In this document: positions 28,525 through 39,431 of the stretch, in pieces
Layout: each line of letters starts with the position of its first letter
Numbering within the stretch: position 1 is the stretch's first letter
Assembly (NCBI GenBank): GCA_043803405.1
Contig: JAZDKB010000009.1
Span: forward strand, 218,265-282,264
Length of the DNA: 64,000 bases
Origin: Spirochaetota bacterium
GTDB taxonomy: Bacteria; Spirochaetota; UBA4802; JAFGDQ01
Direction: 5' to 3'
Notes under the pieces: generated by a model
What the model was told of the DNA's origin: nothing
What the model saw: only the letters and a program-made list of their open reading frames with translations
Databases searched by the model: none
Made by a program: the position numbers and the translations under genes

Positions 28525-30336
28525 TTATATACTTAGCTTATTAATATTTTTTTTAAATGAGATCAATTCAAATACGTACTTAGTAACAACCAAAGCTACG
28601 AACATGGTAGCCACAATACCAACAGCAAGCGTAACAGCAAAACCCTTAACCGGCCCGGTTCCATACTGGAAAAGAACAAAAGCCGCAATTAGAGTAGTCA
28701 GGTTTGAGTCAAAAATAGCCCAGAATGCCCTGTTAAAACCATTGGTAATTGCCATTCTTGCTGACTTTCCGCTTTTAAGCTCTTCTTTTATTCTTTCATA
28801 TATAATTACATTTGAGTCAACCGCCATACCGATATTAAGGAGCATTCCGGCGATGCCCGGTAATGTCAGGGTAAATCCAAGCCAGGACAATGTTGCAAAT
28901 AAAAAGATCGTATTTAATATGAGGCCGATAACGCCGATTACCCCTGCCAGCTTATAATAGATAATCATAAACAGCCCGATTCCTGCAGTTCCTACAATAA
29001 CAGCATTGATCATAGACGCGATTGAATCCTGCCCAAGCGTAGGCCCGACTGTGGTTTCCTGAACAATAGTCAGATCAACAGGCAATGCTCCTTCCTGGAT
29101 AATTCTGGCCAGGGCATTTACTTCATCCAAAGTAAAATCGCCTGTAATTTGTGCGCTGCCTGTAACAATAGGATCATTGATCCTAGGCGCGCTTCTGATT
29201 TTATTATCTATTATAATTGCAAGTCTTTTCCCTTTGTTTTCCTGTGCCGTTACTTTGGCGAATTTTGCGGCTCCATCGGTAGTAGTAGTAAATTGAACGA
29301 TTAACGCGCCATATTCGTCATGCCCAACATACGCTTTGCTTATGTCATTGCCGGATAACGCAACAGTCTTCTGAAGAACCATTATATCCGTGGGAAAAAT
29401 CTTTTTGGTTTTTGCGTCTCTGTTATAGAGGAATAATATTTCAAGGTTCCACGGCAGCTTTATTTCTTTTGAGATGTTTGATGTTAATGCCTCCTGAGCA
29501 TCGGGCAATTCGGGCAGGCTCTTATTCCTGTAATTTGCAGCCAGCCAGCCCCCGGCCTTTAAGCTGTAGGCATCATCGACAATCCTGTATTGAACACTCC
29601 CCGTAGTGCCGATGGCGTTTTTAACAGCTTTAGGATCCTTTACTCCCGGAAGTTGTATTTCTATAGCCTCATTACCCCTCTGAAGTATCGACGGCTCTGC
29701 AACGCCAAATTTATCAACTCTGTTGCGGAGCATTTCAAGCGCCTGCTCCGTAATTTCATTTTTAAAATTATCTCTTAGTTCATTCGCGTTGTTAAGCCTG
29801 TTGTCATTAATATCTTTTAGTAAATTATCAATTTCTTTTAACTCTTTCTCACCGGTTTCCTTATCTGATTTTCCTTTACCGGGTGTTTTTGCTTCGAGTA
29901 ATTTCTTTTTCTCAATAAGCTGTTCTCTTTCAGCCATATATTGCTTCTTTATTTTTTCAAAATTAGCCATCATGACTAAATCCATTCCGCCCTGCAGGTC
30001 AAGGCCAAAATTTACTTTCTTAGCAAGAAATGCTTTTTCCGCCCAGTGAGGAAGTATTTTCACATCTTTAACGCCTTTAAAAATTTTTACTTCGTTCATA
30101 ACTGCATCCGTAATTTTTAGGCCGGACGCTTCTATTCCAACCCTGCCTTCTGTCTTAGTTATATTAAATCTGTCAGCCGGAAACCTTTTTAAAATTGTTT
30201 GTATTTCATCAGGAGAAGCATCGCTTGTAAGTATGATCTCCATGTTTTTTGTTCCGACAGAAGGAAGCACAAGAATAATCGTAAAAATAATAACAACGAT
30301 TATAATGATTCCTTTATAAACCATACCTTTATTCAT
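28525..30336 (-). CDS. secD: protein translocase subunit SecD
   Basis: GLDLQGG, RVDKFGVAEP, VGPTLG, GMAVDSNVIIYERIKEE. Confidence 0.96.
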   Translation of the reverse strand: MNKGMVYKGIIIIVVIIFTIILVLPSVGTKNMEIILTSDASPDEIQTILKRFPADRFNITKTEGRVGIEASGLKITDAVMNEVKIFKGVKDVKILPHWAEKAFLAKKVNFGLDLQGGMDLVMMANFEKIKKQYMAEREQLIEKKKLLEAKTPGKGKSDKETGEKELKEIDNLLKDINDNRLNNANELRDNFKNEITEQALEMLRNRVDKFGVAEPSILQRGNEAIEIQLPGVKDPKAVKNAIGTTGSVQYRIVDDAYSLKAGGWLAANYRNKSLPELPDAQEALTSNISKEIKLPWNLEILFLYNRDAKTKKIFPTDIMVLQKTVALSGNDISKAYVGHDEYGALIVQFTTTTDGAAKFAKVTAQENKGKRLAIIIDNKIRSAPRINDPIVTGSAQITGDFTLDEVNALARIIQEGALPVDLTIVQETTVGPTLGQDSIASMINAVIVGTAGIGLFMIIYYKLAGVIGVIGLILNTIFLFATLSWLGFTLTLPGIAGMLLNIGMAVDSNVIIYERIKEELKSGKSARMAITNGFNRAFWAIFDSNLTTLIAAFVLFQYGTGPVKGFAVTLAVGIVATMFVALVVTKYVFELISFKKNINKLSI

Positions 30337-30450
30337 CTTAGCCTCTTATTTCCAGAAAATATAACTAGTTTATTACAAAAGTAAAGACGCATAGATATGC
30401 GTCTGTAGCCCGGCCTAAGGCTGGAAGGAAAAAACAATAATTTTTTTCCG

Positions 30451-31119
30451 CTAATCGCCGGGAAACCTCCTTAAGACCTTTTTATCCCCTTGTGTTTTTG
30501 ACCTGATTTTAAATAAAATGATAATTCCGAGTATTAAACAAACCAAAAATATTTTAACTAATAGATCCGAAGTGCTTTTTTTTAAGCCAAATAAGCCTTT
30601 CGCGTTTTCTTCGGCAACAGGATTTTCCGCTTTAACATTGCCGGAATCTGTAATTTTTTCATCAACCCGCTTTTCATTAACTAAGGTAATTCCCGGGATC
30701 CTTCTGTACTTAAAATCTCCCTCACTGATTTCCAGGAGATTATTGCTGTTAACGGGTTTATCCGCGACTATTTTAATATTAGTTAATTGTTTCTGTTCTG
30801 CTGTTTTAGCATTTATATTTTCGCTTGCTTTAATAGTTTTGGCAGGTTTGTCATTCTGCGTCTTTTGATTATTCGCCGGCTCTTCTGCTGAATTTTCGGA
30901 TTTATTTTTTATTATTTCTTTTATATTATTTTGAGAAGGAGAAACATCCGTTGTCTTCTCCGGCTTATTTCCAACCTCAGCAGCAGGTTCCGGCCCGGGT
31001 AAATTCTCAGTTCCGGAATTACTCTGCTGTCCCGGGAGTTCGGCTGTAATAAAAGATAATAAAAAAAATAGTGATATAAATAGCGCTTTTTTCATTTTAT
31101 TTTTTATAACTACCCGCAA
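30451..31119 (-). CDS. hypothetical protein between yajC and secD (signal peptide, low-complexity linker, C-terminal TM)
   Basis: Position inside the yajC-secD-secF cluster and its predicted topology. Confidence 0.65.
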   Translation of the reverse strand: MRVVIKNKMKKALFISLFFLLSFITAELPGQQSNSGTENLPGPEPAAEVGNKPEKTTDVSPSQNNIKEIIKNKSENSAEEPANNQKTQNDKPAKTIKASENINAKTAEQKQLTNIKIVADKPVNSNNLLEISEGDFKYRRIPGITLVNEKRVDEKITDSGNVKAENPVAEENAKGLFGLKKSTSDLLVKIFLVCLILGIIILFKIRSKTQGDKKVLRRFPGD

Positions 31120-31246
31120 TTCTGAATTTAAAAAATTTTATTTTATTAGAAACTAAAATAGAATTTCCTCAGCAATTAGTAGTTAACTAACAGGTGCTTT
31201 GTATAAAAATTGAAATATATACTATCTGAAAACTTTAAGTATAAAT

Positions 31247-31570
31247 TTAGGATACTTTCATTTGAATTGCGGATTTTGCAAAATCCACTTTCGCGCCGTC
31301 GGAAATCTTTAAAACGACAATTCCCTCTTCTTTTTTTATATTAACAACAACACCGTACATACCGCCGGTTGTTATAACTTTATCACCCTTATCGAGCTGC
31401 TCTATCATTTTTTTCCTGTCTTTCTCTTTCTTCTGGTTAGGTCTGATAAGTAAAAAATAAAATATTACAAGAATGGCAGCAGGCAGAATAAGCATACTTA
31501 ATCCGCCGCCGGATTGCCCTGCAGCAGCGGCCTGATCTTGAGCATAAGCTGATGAAATTAACTGTAACAA
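31247..31570 (-). CDS. yajC: preprotein translocase subunit YajC
   Basis: FYFLLIRPNQK, GDKVITTGGMYG. Confidence 0.95.
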   Translation of the reverse strand: MLQLISSAYAQDQAAAAGQSGGGLSMLILPAAILVIFYFLLIRPNQKKEKDRKKMIEQLDKGDKVITTGGMYGVVVNIKKEEGIVVLKISDGAKVDFAKSAIQMKVS

Positions 31571-31672
31571 TTTAATCCTCCAATTATTTTTATAATTTAT
31601 TGAATTTTTAAAATTAAATTAAATATGTCAACCCTTTAATGTTTAGATATTAGAAATAATTAATTGAATTTA

Positions 31673-32365
31673 TTAATAAATGACAACAGGTATATTAAGT
31701 TTGACATATTTATCAAGATTGATAATGTCATTGTTATGCATTCTAATACATCCGCTTGAGGCAAGCTGACCTATAGAAGGGTCATCGCTGGTCCCGTGTA
31801 TTGCTATACCTGATCCGATCGAAAGTGTTTTCCCTTTGAATTTAGGTATGAGTCCTTTAATCAATGCTTCGTCATATCTCTTCTTATCATTATTGTTAGG
31901 ATAATCAACCCTGAAAAAACGCGGCCCGTATGCATTATATCCAAGGTCTATGTCCTTTTTACCGAACTTATAGTGCCCTTCGTTAGCCTTAAAATAAACC
32001 GTATTCATATCCCTTAGTTTTTTATACGAAACAGTCTTCTTATCCGCATCCAGGCTTAAAATTTCACTTATACTGTAAATACCCTCCGGTGTCCGGTTAT
32101 CTCCTGCGCATAATTTTGCCTTTTTATCCGGATTTAATCCATAACCAATTTTATAACTGACAGCAATGCTTAAATCCCTGTTGCAAACATAAATGTTAAA
32201 ATCCTTTTTTGATATACAAATAATATGATCACCTTTATAATGTTTAAAAATTATTTTTATCTGTGATTCTATAACCGGATCAATAGACCCGGCTAGCAAT
32301 ACATTTGCACAAATTGCAAATATTAAAAACAATCCCGTGGTAATCCATTTTCTGTATTTTCTCAT
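31673..32365 (-). CDS. L,D-transpeptidase family protein
   Basis: GDNRTPEG.Y and IAIHGT...SSGCIRM (YkuD HxxxxSxGC motif). Confidence 0.9.
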   Translation of the reverse strand: MRKYRKWITTGLFLIFAICANVLLAGSIDPVIESQIKIIFKHYKGDHIICISKKDFNIYVCNRDLSIAVSYKIGYGLNPDKKAKLCAGDNRTPEGIYSISEILSLDADKKTVSYKKLRDMNTVYFKANEGHYKFGKKDIDLGYNAYGPRFFRVDYPNNNDKKRYDEALIKGLIPKFKGKTLSIGSGIAIHGTSDDPSIGQLASSGCIRMHNNDIINLDKYVKLNIPVVIY

Positions 32366-32537
32366 TTATAATTTTCCTTAATAAAATTCCCCTGGGCAAG
32401 CCCGCGGTGCTTTCGCACTGGTTTCCGCCTTTGACGTCAGTAATGTATTCTGTCACAATGTGCAGAAATAATGATCTGACAACTAAAATACTATTCAAGT
32501 ATTAATGTTTTCCGATAAAGAATCTTATTAAATAATA

Positions 32538-33314
32538 CTATTTAGTAATGCCCCTGGCGGATGATTTTATAAACCGTATCAGCTCGTCTATATCCTTATT
32601 ATCTTTTATTGCAAGTAATTCCTCAAGCGCCTGCGTTACATTTTTCCCTGACCTGTAAATTATTTTATATGCTTCCTTGATTGTTTTACGTCTTTCCGGA
32701 GAAAATTCCCTTCTGCGTAAACCTATAACATTAACCCCTGCAACCATTGCGGGATTGCCTTCAGTAGTCATAAATGTCGGACAGTCTTTTACTATTCTGG
32801 CAAGCCCGCCAATCATTGCGTATTTGCCTACGCGCACGAACTGATGAAATCCGCAAAGTCCCGAAACAAACGCAAAGTCGTCTATTTCCACATAACCCGC
32901 AAGCATTGAATTGTTTGCAATAGTGACATTATTCCCGACTTTAGTATTATGAGCCAGATGCACACCGCCCATTAAATAACAGTTGCTTCCCAGTTCAGTT
33001 GCCGAACCTTCTTTTGTGCCCCTGTGTATCTGCACAAATTCCCTTATAATATTATTATCTCCTATTGTGACAAATGTTGCGTTGCCGTTATATGCTGTAT
33101 CCTGCGGCGGCGCCCCAATATGTGCGGAATGCCCTATCCTGTTGTCGCTCCCTATCTTAACATTGCCCTCAATATGCGCGCAATGTCCGATTTCCGTGTT
33201 ATGGCCGATAGCGATATCTCCACAGAGATAAGCGTAGGGACCTATCTTTACATTATCGCCTATAGAGACATTCCCTTCAATGATGGCTGTTTTATGAATC
33301 AAATCACTTCCCAT
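32538..33314 (-). CDS. lpxA: UDP-N-acetylglucosamine acyltransferase
   Basis: Hexapeptide repeats, PQD, IREFVQIHRGT, HLAH, HQFVRVG. Confidence 0.93.
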   Translation of the reverse strand: MGSDLIHKTAIIEGNVSIGDNVKIGPYAYLCGDIAIGHNTEIGHCAHIEGNVKIGSDNRIGHSAHIGAPPQDTAYNGNATFVTIGDNNIIREFVQIHRGTKEGSATELGSNCYLMGGVHLAHNTKVGNNVTIANNSMLAGYVEIDDFAFVSGLCGFHQFVRVGKYAMIGGLARIVKDCPTFMTTEGNPAMVAGVNVIGLRRREFSPERRKTIKEAYKIIYRSGKNVTQALEELLAIKDNKDIDELIRFIKSSARGITK

Positions 33315-33413
33315 TTTGTTATTAATCCCGGCTTAATAAATTACTTATCTTAACTGACTTTTTCCGTAATATTATTGTTAAATTATGGATAAATGTCAGT
33401 CAAGTTGAGTAAT

Positions 33414-34427
33414 TTATCGTTTATTTATTTTGTCCTCAATCACTTTTACTCTTTTTAATAATTCCGGAAGATATTTAAGAGCAGCAAAAATTCTGTGATG
33501 TTCCTTTGCTGGCCTGGCAGGAGTGCCGGCAAATATATCCGCTTTTTTTATGTTATTGTGAATTGCGCTTTGACCCATTATTATAGTATTATCAGGAATG
33601 ACAACATGATCTGCAACTGCAACCTGACCGGATATTATAACATTGCTGCCGATAGTTGCAGACCCTCCTATCACTGTCTGTGCTAAAATAAAACATTTTT
33701 GTCCGATTTTAACATTATGGGCAATATGAACCAGATTATCAAGCTTAGTGTCATTCCCGATTTCCGTTTTATCCACGGTCGCCCTGTCTATGGCACAATT
33801 GGCACCTATTTCAACCCTGTCCCCGATCTTAACAATCCCTGTCTGGGGGATCTTAATTATTTCATTGTCTTTTTTATAAAATCCAAATCCATCGGAACCT
33901 ATTACAGTGCCTGAATGCAGAATACATTCATTGCCGACTGTACATCGTTCCCGCATTACAACACCGGAGTAAAGAATTGTGCCGGAACCGACTGAGCAAT
34001 TACTTTCCAGTACGCAATTCGGATATATAAAACAATTTGCTCCGACATTTGCTCCTTCCATTATAACAGCGCCTGCCATAACAGTTGCGCTTATATCTAT
34101 ATTTGCCTGTTCGCTGATTATTGCGTCTATGTCTGCGCAGCCGCTATCATATCTTCCGCGGCTGGGATTAAATATCCCAAGAAGTCTTATAAAAACGAGC
34201 CTGGGATCATCTGATTCAATGAATGGAATATTTCCGGTATTTAAACCGCGCGGGATTACAAGCGCTGCAGGATTTTTTGATTTTGCTTTTTCTAAAAATT
34301 TGGCGTTTTCAATATAAATAATTTTATTATTTGCCGATACGCTCTCTAGGCTGCCTACACTGTCAATTTCAACATCTGCTCCAGCATATTCTTCATTAAG
34401 TATTCCGGCTATTTCAGAAAGTTTCAT
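33414..34427 (-). CDS. lpxD: UDP-3-O-acyl-glucosamine N-acyltransferase
   Basis: IGSDGFGF, KIPQTG, IDRAT, KLDNLVHIAHNV. Confidence 0.95.
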   Translation of the reverse strand: MKLSEIAGILNEEYAGADVEIDSVGSLESVSANNKIIYIENAKFLEKAKSKNPAALVIPRGLNTGNIPFIESDDPRLVFIRLLGIFNPSRGRYDSGCADIDAIISEQANIDISATVMAGAVIMEGANVGANCFIYPNCVLESNCSVGSGTILYSGVVMRERCTVGNECILHSGTVIGSDGFGFYKKDNEIIKIPQTGIVKIGDRVEIGANCAIDRATVDKTEIGNDTKLDNLVHIAHNVKIGQKCFILAQTVIGGSATIGSNVIISGQVAVADHVVIPDNTIIMGQSAIHNNIKKADIFAGTPARPAKEHHRIFAALKYLPELLKRVKVIEDKINKR

Positions 34428-34514
34428 TTCTTATAATTCACTTCTCATTTTGACTGTGTTTCAGTATAAAAAATATAATTAAAAATTTATTTTAAAACAG
34501 CGATATATCAGGCA

Positions 34515-35021
34515 TTACCTTGAAACAGGAGCGCTTCGCTCCTTTTGCCTTATTATTTCCCTTAGCACTTCCTCTGTAATATCGTATTCCTTTTTAGCAT
34601 ACACAGCGCCCTCGCCTATATTAAAAACAAAATCTATATCCGATTTTTTTGCAATATTCCCAAGAGCCGTATTTACCCGGTTAAGCATTATGCTTTTAAA
34701 CTGTTCTTCATCGCTTTTTATCTTTGCGAATTCCTGCTTAAACTGCTTCTGTTTTTCAATGAGATCTTTTTTTACAACATCATCTTTCGCATCTGCAAGC
34801 CTGTTTGCAATGTCGTCCAGTTTATGAACAATATCTTCTTTGCGCCTGTTAAGAGCCCTGGAATCCGGATCATTATTGTTCATATAATTGAAGATAATAT
34901 CTAAATTTACAAAGCGGAATTTGCCTGCGGCTGCTTCAGCGGGCTTACTCTCGCTTTTTTCTCCCATACTTGCGCAGGAAAATAATAATAAAAATAAAAT
35001 TATACTTTTAATATAATTCAT
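34515..35021 (-). CDS. skp: OmpH/Skp-family chaperone (lipoprotein-type leader)
   Basis: FVNLD.I, coiled coil, DFVFN...VYA...DITEEV; lies between bamA and lpxD. Confidence 0.8.
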   Translation of the reverse strand: MNYIKSIILFLLLFSCASMGEKSESKPAEAAAGKFRFVNLDIIFNYMNNNDPDSRALNRRKEDIVHKLDDIANRLADAKDDVVKKDLIEKQKQFKQEFAKIKSDEEQFKSIMLNRVNTALGNIAKKSDIDFVFNIGEGAVYAKKEYDITEEVLREIIRQKERSAPVSR

Positions 35022-35024
35022 GTT

Positions 35025-37559
35025 TTAAAATCTGTAATCGCCTATAGCGAACTGAAAGTTGAAATCCTGGTTAATTTCATGGAAGAATCCGTTATCCTTC
35101 CCTACCCATTCCACTTTTCTTCCGAACCAGAACCTTAGCGGCATCATAGGGAGCTGTATTTTAAAGCCGAATCCCCACGAGTATTTAAAATAATTCATTT
35201 TGTCCGCGTCAAAAAAGTCCCTGATATCATAAACCTGTCTATTTTTTAAATCATTATCAATTACTTTTCTATCATCATCCGTTCGGTATTTCTCCCAGAA
35301 TTTATCGTTCCATAACGAGCCTGCATCAAAGAAAAGAGCAAGCCACAGCATTTGAGGATGCACAGGGATCCTTAATTCTGCGCCATAAGTTATACGATGA
35401 AAAAGCCTGCCCTGCCACGATTCAGGGAAAGAACTGTCGTCCAGTTCCCATCCTCTAAGCGTATCCGCCCCGCCCAGATGCAACATATCTTCCGATTCCA
35501 GCCACGCGTTCCCGTACGGCGACTGAATTTCCTCAAGCTTTCTTTTATCAAACGGAGGAGTAAGGAAAGTACCGTTTGCCCTGAATTCAAACACAACAGG
35601 ATGTGTCTTCAAAAAAGGCAAATTGAATGGAGAATAATAAGCATATGCCTCAGGAGAATAAGTAATAAAGTGATCATCACCGCGGAGTAAAGTGCCGCCG
35701 GTAAAACCTACCCTGAATTTTGCATACGTCCCTCTTGTCGGATTCATGTAATTATCTTTAGTGTTGCGGGAAATGTAATAGCTGATCGTTCTGCTTTCCT
35801 GAAGACCGTGAGACTCTTCAATGAAGATATCGTCGGGACTGTTTCCGGTAGGATTCAGTATGCTTTTAAAAGCATGTTCCCAGATAATGCCGACATTATA
35901 ATAATACCAGAATTGATAGCTTAATCCGAGAGTGTATCCGAATTTCTGCACCTGATATTCAGCATCTTCGTTTGTATTGCTGAATATGGAATCATCCGGG
36001 TAAGTATACAACCTGTAAAAAATACTGGAAGAAAAACCTAACGGATATTTGTCCAGAAGCCAAGGTTCAAAAAAACGAAGACTAACCTCAGTGGATGTCG
36101 GGCCGTACTGAACACGGAGGCCGACAGTCTGCCCGTTTCCCATAAGATTGTTTTCGGCAATATCAGCGAATATTGAAAAACCGGACTGTGTGCCATATCC
36201 GCCGCCGAGAGAAATTGTGCCGCTAGGCTGCTCCTCCACATCAACAATGAGGTTCATAAGGCCTTCCTTGCTTCCCGGCCTTATGTCAAAATTCACCTGC
36301 TTAAAGTAACCTAAGTTAAAAACTTTCTCCCTTGAAATCTGTATCTTTTCCGAATTAAAAAGCTCACCTTCTTTTACTACTAATTGCCTTCTGATTACTT
36401 TATCTTTAGTTTTTTTATTTCCTTTTATAATTATATTTTCAATATATGCCTGGCTTCCTTCTTCTATTTGAAAATCGACCCTCACAAACTTACGCTTTTC
36501 TGTTTTACCGTCAACTTTTACATCGCGCTCCTGGATTGTTTTATTCGGCACTACCCTTGCAAAAATATACCCCTTTGATGCATAGTTGAAACTAATTGAC
36601 TGCATATCTCTTGTAAATGAAGTATTATTAAACACTTCTCCATTTTCAGTGAGCTCAAACTTTGATTCAAGCGTCTTGGTAGTGAAAACCTTATTCCCTG
36701 CTATCGTGTATTTATCGAAATAATATTTTTCGCCTTCTATAAGTTTTATTGTAATAAATATCGCCCTTTCATTCTTTTCTTCGGGATCCTTCCATGCGTA
36801 CTCTACTTTATCCTCAATGATCTGCGCGTCAATATAACCGAGCTCTTTGGAGTATCCGACAATCTTGGCTTTATCCTGTTCATAAATATCTTTATTAAAC
36901 TTGCCGTCGTCGAATAACCCGGATTCCTTTGTTTCCATAACTCCTGCAAGCTTGCTGGCTTTCGATTTTTTCGCGCCCAGAATGGATATCTTTTCAACCC
37001 TGATCTCTTCTCCTTCATCTACAATAAAGGTTACTTCAACGCTGTTATCCTTTTCTTTTTTATTTAATTTATAACTGATAACCGCATTATAGAATCCCTC
37101 TTCTTTATATTTATTCTTCATCAATTTAATGCTGTTTTCAAGAAGATCGATCTTCAATACTTCGCCTTCTTTAACAGGAATTAAATTTTCCAGGTCTATA
37201 TTGCTTTTTTCTTTTACACCCTTAAACGAAATTTTCGAGATTAGCGGCCTTTCTTTACATACGAATTTCAGCCTTACGCCGTCCCTGTATTCCTCGACCT
37301 CTAGTGTTACATCCTCGAACTGGCCTTTGTTAAAAACAAGCTTTATTGCCTTTCTGACCTCGATCGCTTTTAGAGGAAATCCCACATCCAGTTCAGTCTG
37401 TTCCAGTTCAATTAAAAGATCATCGGCATCAACGTTCTTTATCCCGGAAAATTCTATTTTCCGGATAATCATACCTTCATATTTTGACGGAGCGGAAAAT
37501 ACTCCGTTAAACATTACCAGCAGACTGAAAATAAAAACATATATAAACGCTTTTTTCAT
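35025..37559 (-). CDS. bamA: outer-membrane protein assembly factor BamA
   Basis: POTRA repeats (GNKKTKDKVIRR, LGYF), barrel with LRGW, C-terminal FQFAIGDYRF. Confidence 0.95.
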   Translation of the reverse strand: MKKAFIYVFIFSLLVMFNGVFSAPSKYEGMIIRKIEFSGIKNVDADDLLIELEQTELDVGFPLKAIEVRKAIKLVFNKGQFEDVTLEVEEYRDGVRLKFVCKERPLISKISFKGVKEKSNIDLENLIPVKEGEVLKIDLLENSIKLMKNKYKEEGFYNAVISYKLNKKEKDNSVEVTFIVDEGEEIRVEKISILGAKKSKASKLAGVMETKESGLFDDGKFNKDIYEQDKAKIVGYSKELGYIDAQIIEDKVEYAWKDPEEKNERAIFITIKLIEGEKYYFDKYTIAGNKVFTTKTLESKFELTENGEVFNNTSFTRDMQSISFNYASKGYIFARVVPNKTIQERDVKVDGKTEKRKFVRVDFQIEEGSQAYIENIIIKGNKKTKDKVIRRQLVVKEGELFNSEKIQISREKVFNLGYFKQVNFDIRPGSKEGLMNLIVDVEEQPSGTISLGGGYGTQSGFSIFADIAENNLMGNGQTVGLRVQYGPTSTEVSLRFFEPWLLDKYPLGFSSSIFYRLYTYPDDSIFSNTNEDAEYQVQKFGYTLGLSYQFWYYYNVGIIWEHAFKSILNPTGNSPDDIFIEESHGLQESRTISYYISRNTKDNYMNPTRGTYAKFRVGFTGGTLLRGDDHFITYSPEAYAYYSPFNLPFLKTHPVVFEFRANGTFLTPPFDKRKLEEIQSPYGNAWLESEDMLHLGGADTLRGWELDDSSFPESWQGRLFHRITYGAELRIPVHPQMLWLALFFDAGSLWNDKFWEKYRTDDDRKVIDNDLKNRQVYDIRDFFDADKMNYFKYSWGFGFKIQLPMMPLRFWFGRKVEWVGKDNGFFHEINQDFNFQFAIGDYRF

Positions 37560-37753
37560 TGAAAAAAATCAACCTCATGTCAGAACGTCGGCCTTAAAAA
37601 TAATAATAGTACATTATATTTTTTGCTCTCTTTACTTTATCAGCCGGCTAATGTCAAGAAATTATATTTGTGATTAATTATTGCGAAGCAGTATACAAAA
37701 AAAGTTACGTAAGTATTAAGGTAAGTTAATAAATTTTAGTAAAACAGGAGCTA

Positions 37754-37824
37754 AGAGTGTGTCCAAAAAACTATATATTGCTATGTTGTGTATCAGGACA
37801 ATAATAGGTTTTGGGACACACTCT
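37754..37824. mobile_element. 71-bp MITE-like element with terminal inverted repeats
   Basis: AGAGTGTGTCCAAAAAAC ... GGTTTTGGGACACACTCT; the right end overlaps the stop codon of the 37823-39334 gene. Confidence 0.55.
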
Positions 37825-39334
37825 AAATCAATATTCTTAATCCGATTAAAAACGATATGCCAGGTTCCGGATAGTATCTTCTAAGCGTATATCTGTTATT
37901 ATATAAATTTTCCGTTTTACAGTAAAAATATGATCCCTCCATCATTTTTCTTTGAATGCCAAGGGATCCGATAAATGCTTCAGGAATTTTATTGCTGCTG
38001 TCCGGATCTGAATATACGCTGCCTCTCAGCTTATTGTTCCATTCAATTTTCCATTTTTTCCCGTTATACCGTATGGCGCATGAAGCCTCGTGATCAGGGA
38101 TATATGTTATATTTTCATCCGCAGTGAAATAAAAATAATTATATATCAGTGCTATTTCCCAGATTTTTTTATTTAAAGCAAGGTTAGCTTCAAAGCCAGG
38201 ATTATACGAGACTACTTCGAGAGTATCCGCGCTCAGTACGTTTCCCCTGGTAGTGAAATAATTATAAAAATTGTTGTTTTTCTCGACTTTAAAATTTGCT
38301 TTTAAAGAAAAAATATCATTTATGCTGGAATCCGCTTTTATTTCGCCGGAATGAACGGTTCCCGGGGGAAGGCTATAATTAGGGTTAATGTATTTTTGTT
38401 TTAAATAAAACTCTTCCGGCTGAAACGGAATAATGTCATATTTATATGTTGATGTGATGTTTAAATACTTATAGCCTTTTATTGAGAGAATGGCAGTTAT
38501 TGGCACCGGAAAAGTAATATCTTCTTCATCTTTATTGTTAACATAACCGAATCCGATGCTTACGCCGACATTCCTGTTTATATTAAAATCATCGATAACT
38601 TCGCCTTTAAAATGTCGATCGTTCTTAACTCCTTCCGGCATATAATCATAATAAAGAACACCGGCATTCAGCCTCATTCTATTGGTAGCGGACCATACAT
38701 ATTCTCCGCCGGACTTAAAGTTGCCCTGCAAAACCCTGCTTTTTGTGAATTCGGCAGAGTCTATGGCAATCAGGCTGTGCTTATACCATGCGCCTCCCAT
38801 TGAGAAAAAAATCTCAGTCGATGGACTAACTTTATAAATTGTCTTGGCTGATATTTTATTATTGCCTTTCTCTTCGCGGCTGTACACTTCGTTATTGAAC
38901 ATACCTCTGGACTCATTATCCGCTTCGCCGTCTATAATCAGCTTTGCGTCCGTCCAGTTCCAGTTTACGGTAAGGCCTAGTTTGTTTTCATAGAAACCGG
39001 AATTCACATATATTTCGTCATTATAACCGAAATCACCCGATCTGTTGAAATTTGAGCTTAACAGATATACCAGTTTCTCTCGCTCCTGGGACAGATTAAA
39101 TCCAGAGAACAATTGGCTATACTGGATGCCGTATAAAGCCTGCATATCCAGATTAATATTTTTAGATTTACTTGCCTGATCGCTGCTGGTCGGATTATCG
39201 ATATCACCGTTTGAAACATCCTCCGATAATACCGGAAGCCGTATTGAATCTTCGGCTGATAATATTCCGGAAGAAACAAGATAGGCTAAAAGAACAAAAA
39301 ATACATATAACGCAATTGATGTGAATTTCTTCAT
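37823..39334 (-). CDS. putative outer-membrane beta-barrel protein (TonB-dependent-receptor-like C-terminus)
   Basis: Signal peptide, aromatic amphipathic strands, ENLYNNRY...YPEPG.SF.IGL ending. Confidence 0.65.
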   Translation of the reverse strand: MKKFTSIALYVFFVLLAYLVSSGILSAEDSIRLPVLSEDVSNGDIDNPTSSDQASKSKNINLDMQALYGIQYSQLFSGFNLSQEREKLVYLLSSNFNRSGDFGYNDEIYVNSGFYENKLGLTVNWNWTDAKLIIDGEADNESRGMFNNEVYSREEKGNNKISAKTIYKVSPSTEIFFSMGGAWYKHSLIAIDSAEFTKSRVLQGNFKSGGEYVWSATNRMRLNAGVLYYDYMPEGVKNDRHFKGEVIDDFNINRNVGVSIGFGYVNNKDEEDITFPVPITAILSIKGYKYLNITSTYKYDIIPFQPEEFYLKQKYINPNYSLPPGTVHSGEIKADSSINDIFSLKANFKVEKNNNFYNYFTTRGNVLSADTLEVVSYNPGFEANLALNKKIWEIALIYNYFYFTADENITYIPDHEASCAIRYNGKKWKIEWNNKLRGSVYSDPDSSNKIPEAFIGSLGIQRKMMEGSYFYCKTENLYNNRYTLRRYYPEPGISFLIGLRILI

Positions 39335-39431
39335 AATTTATACGGTTCCTGTCGGCAGAATATTTAAAGCATTGGCCTTTCGCCGTCAACAAATTATAAT
39401 TTTTTAAAATAATTCAAAAGCGTATGATAAC

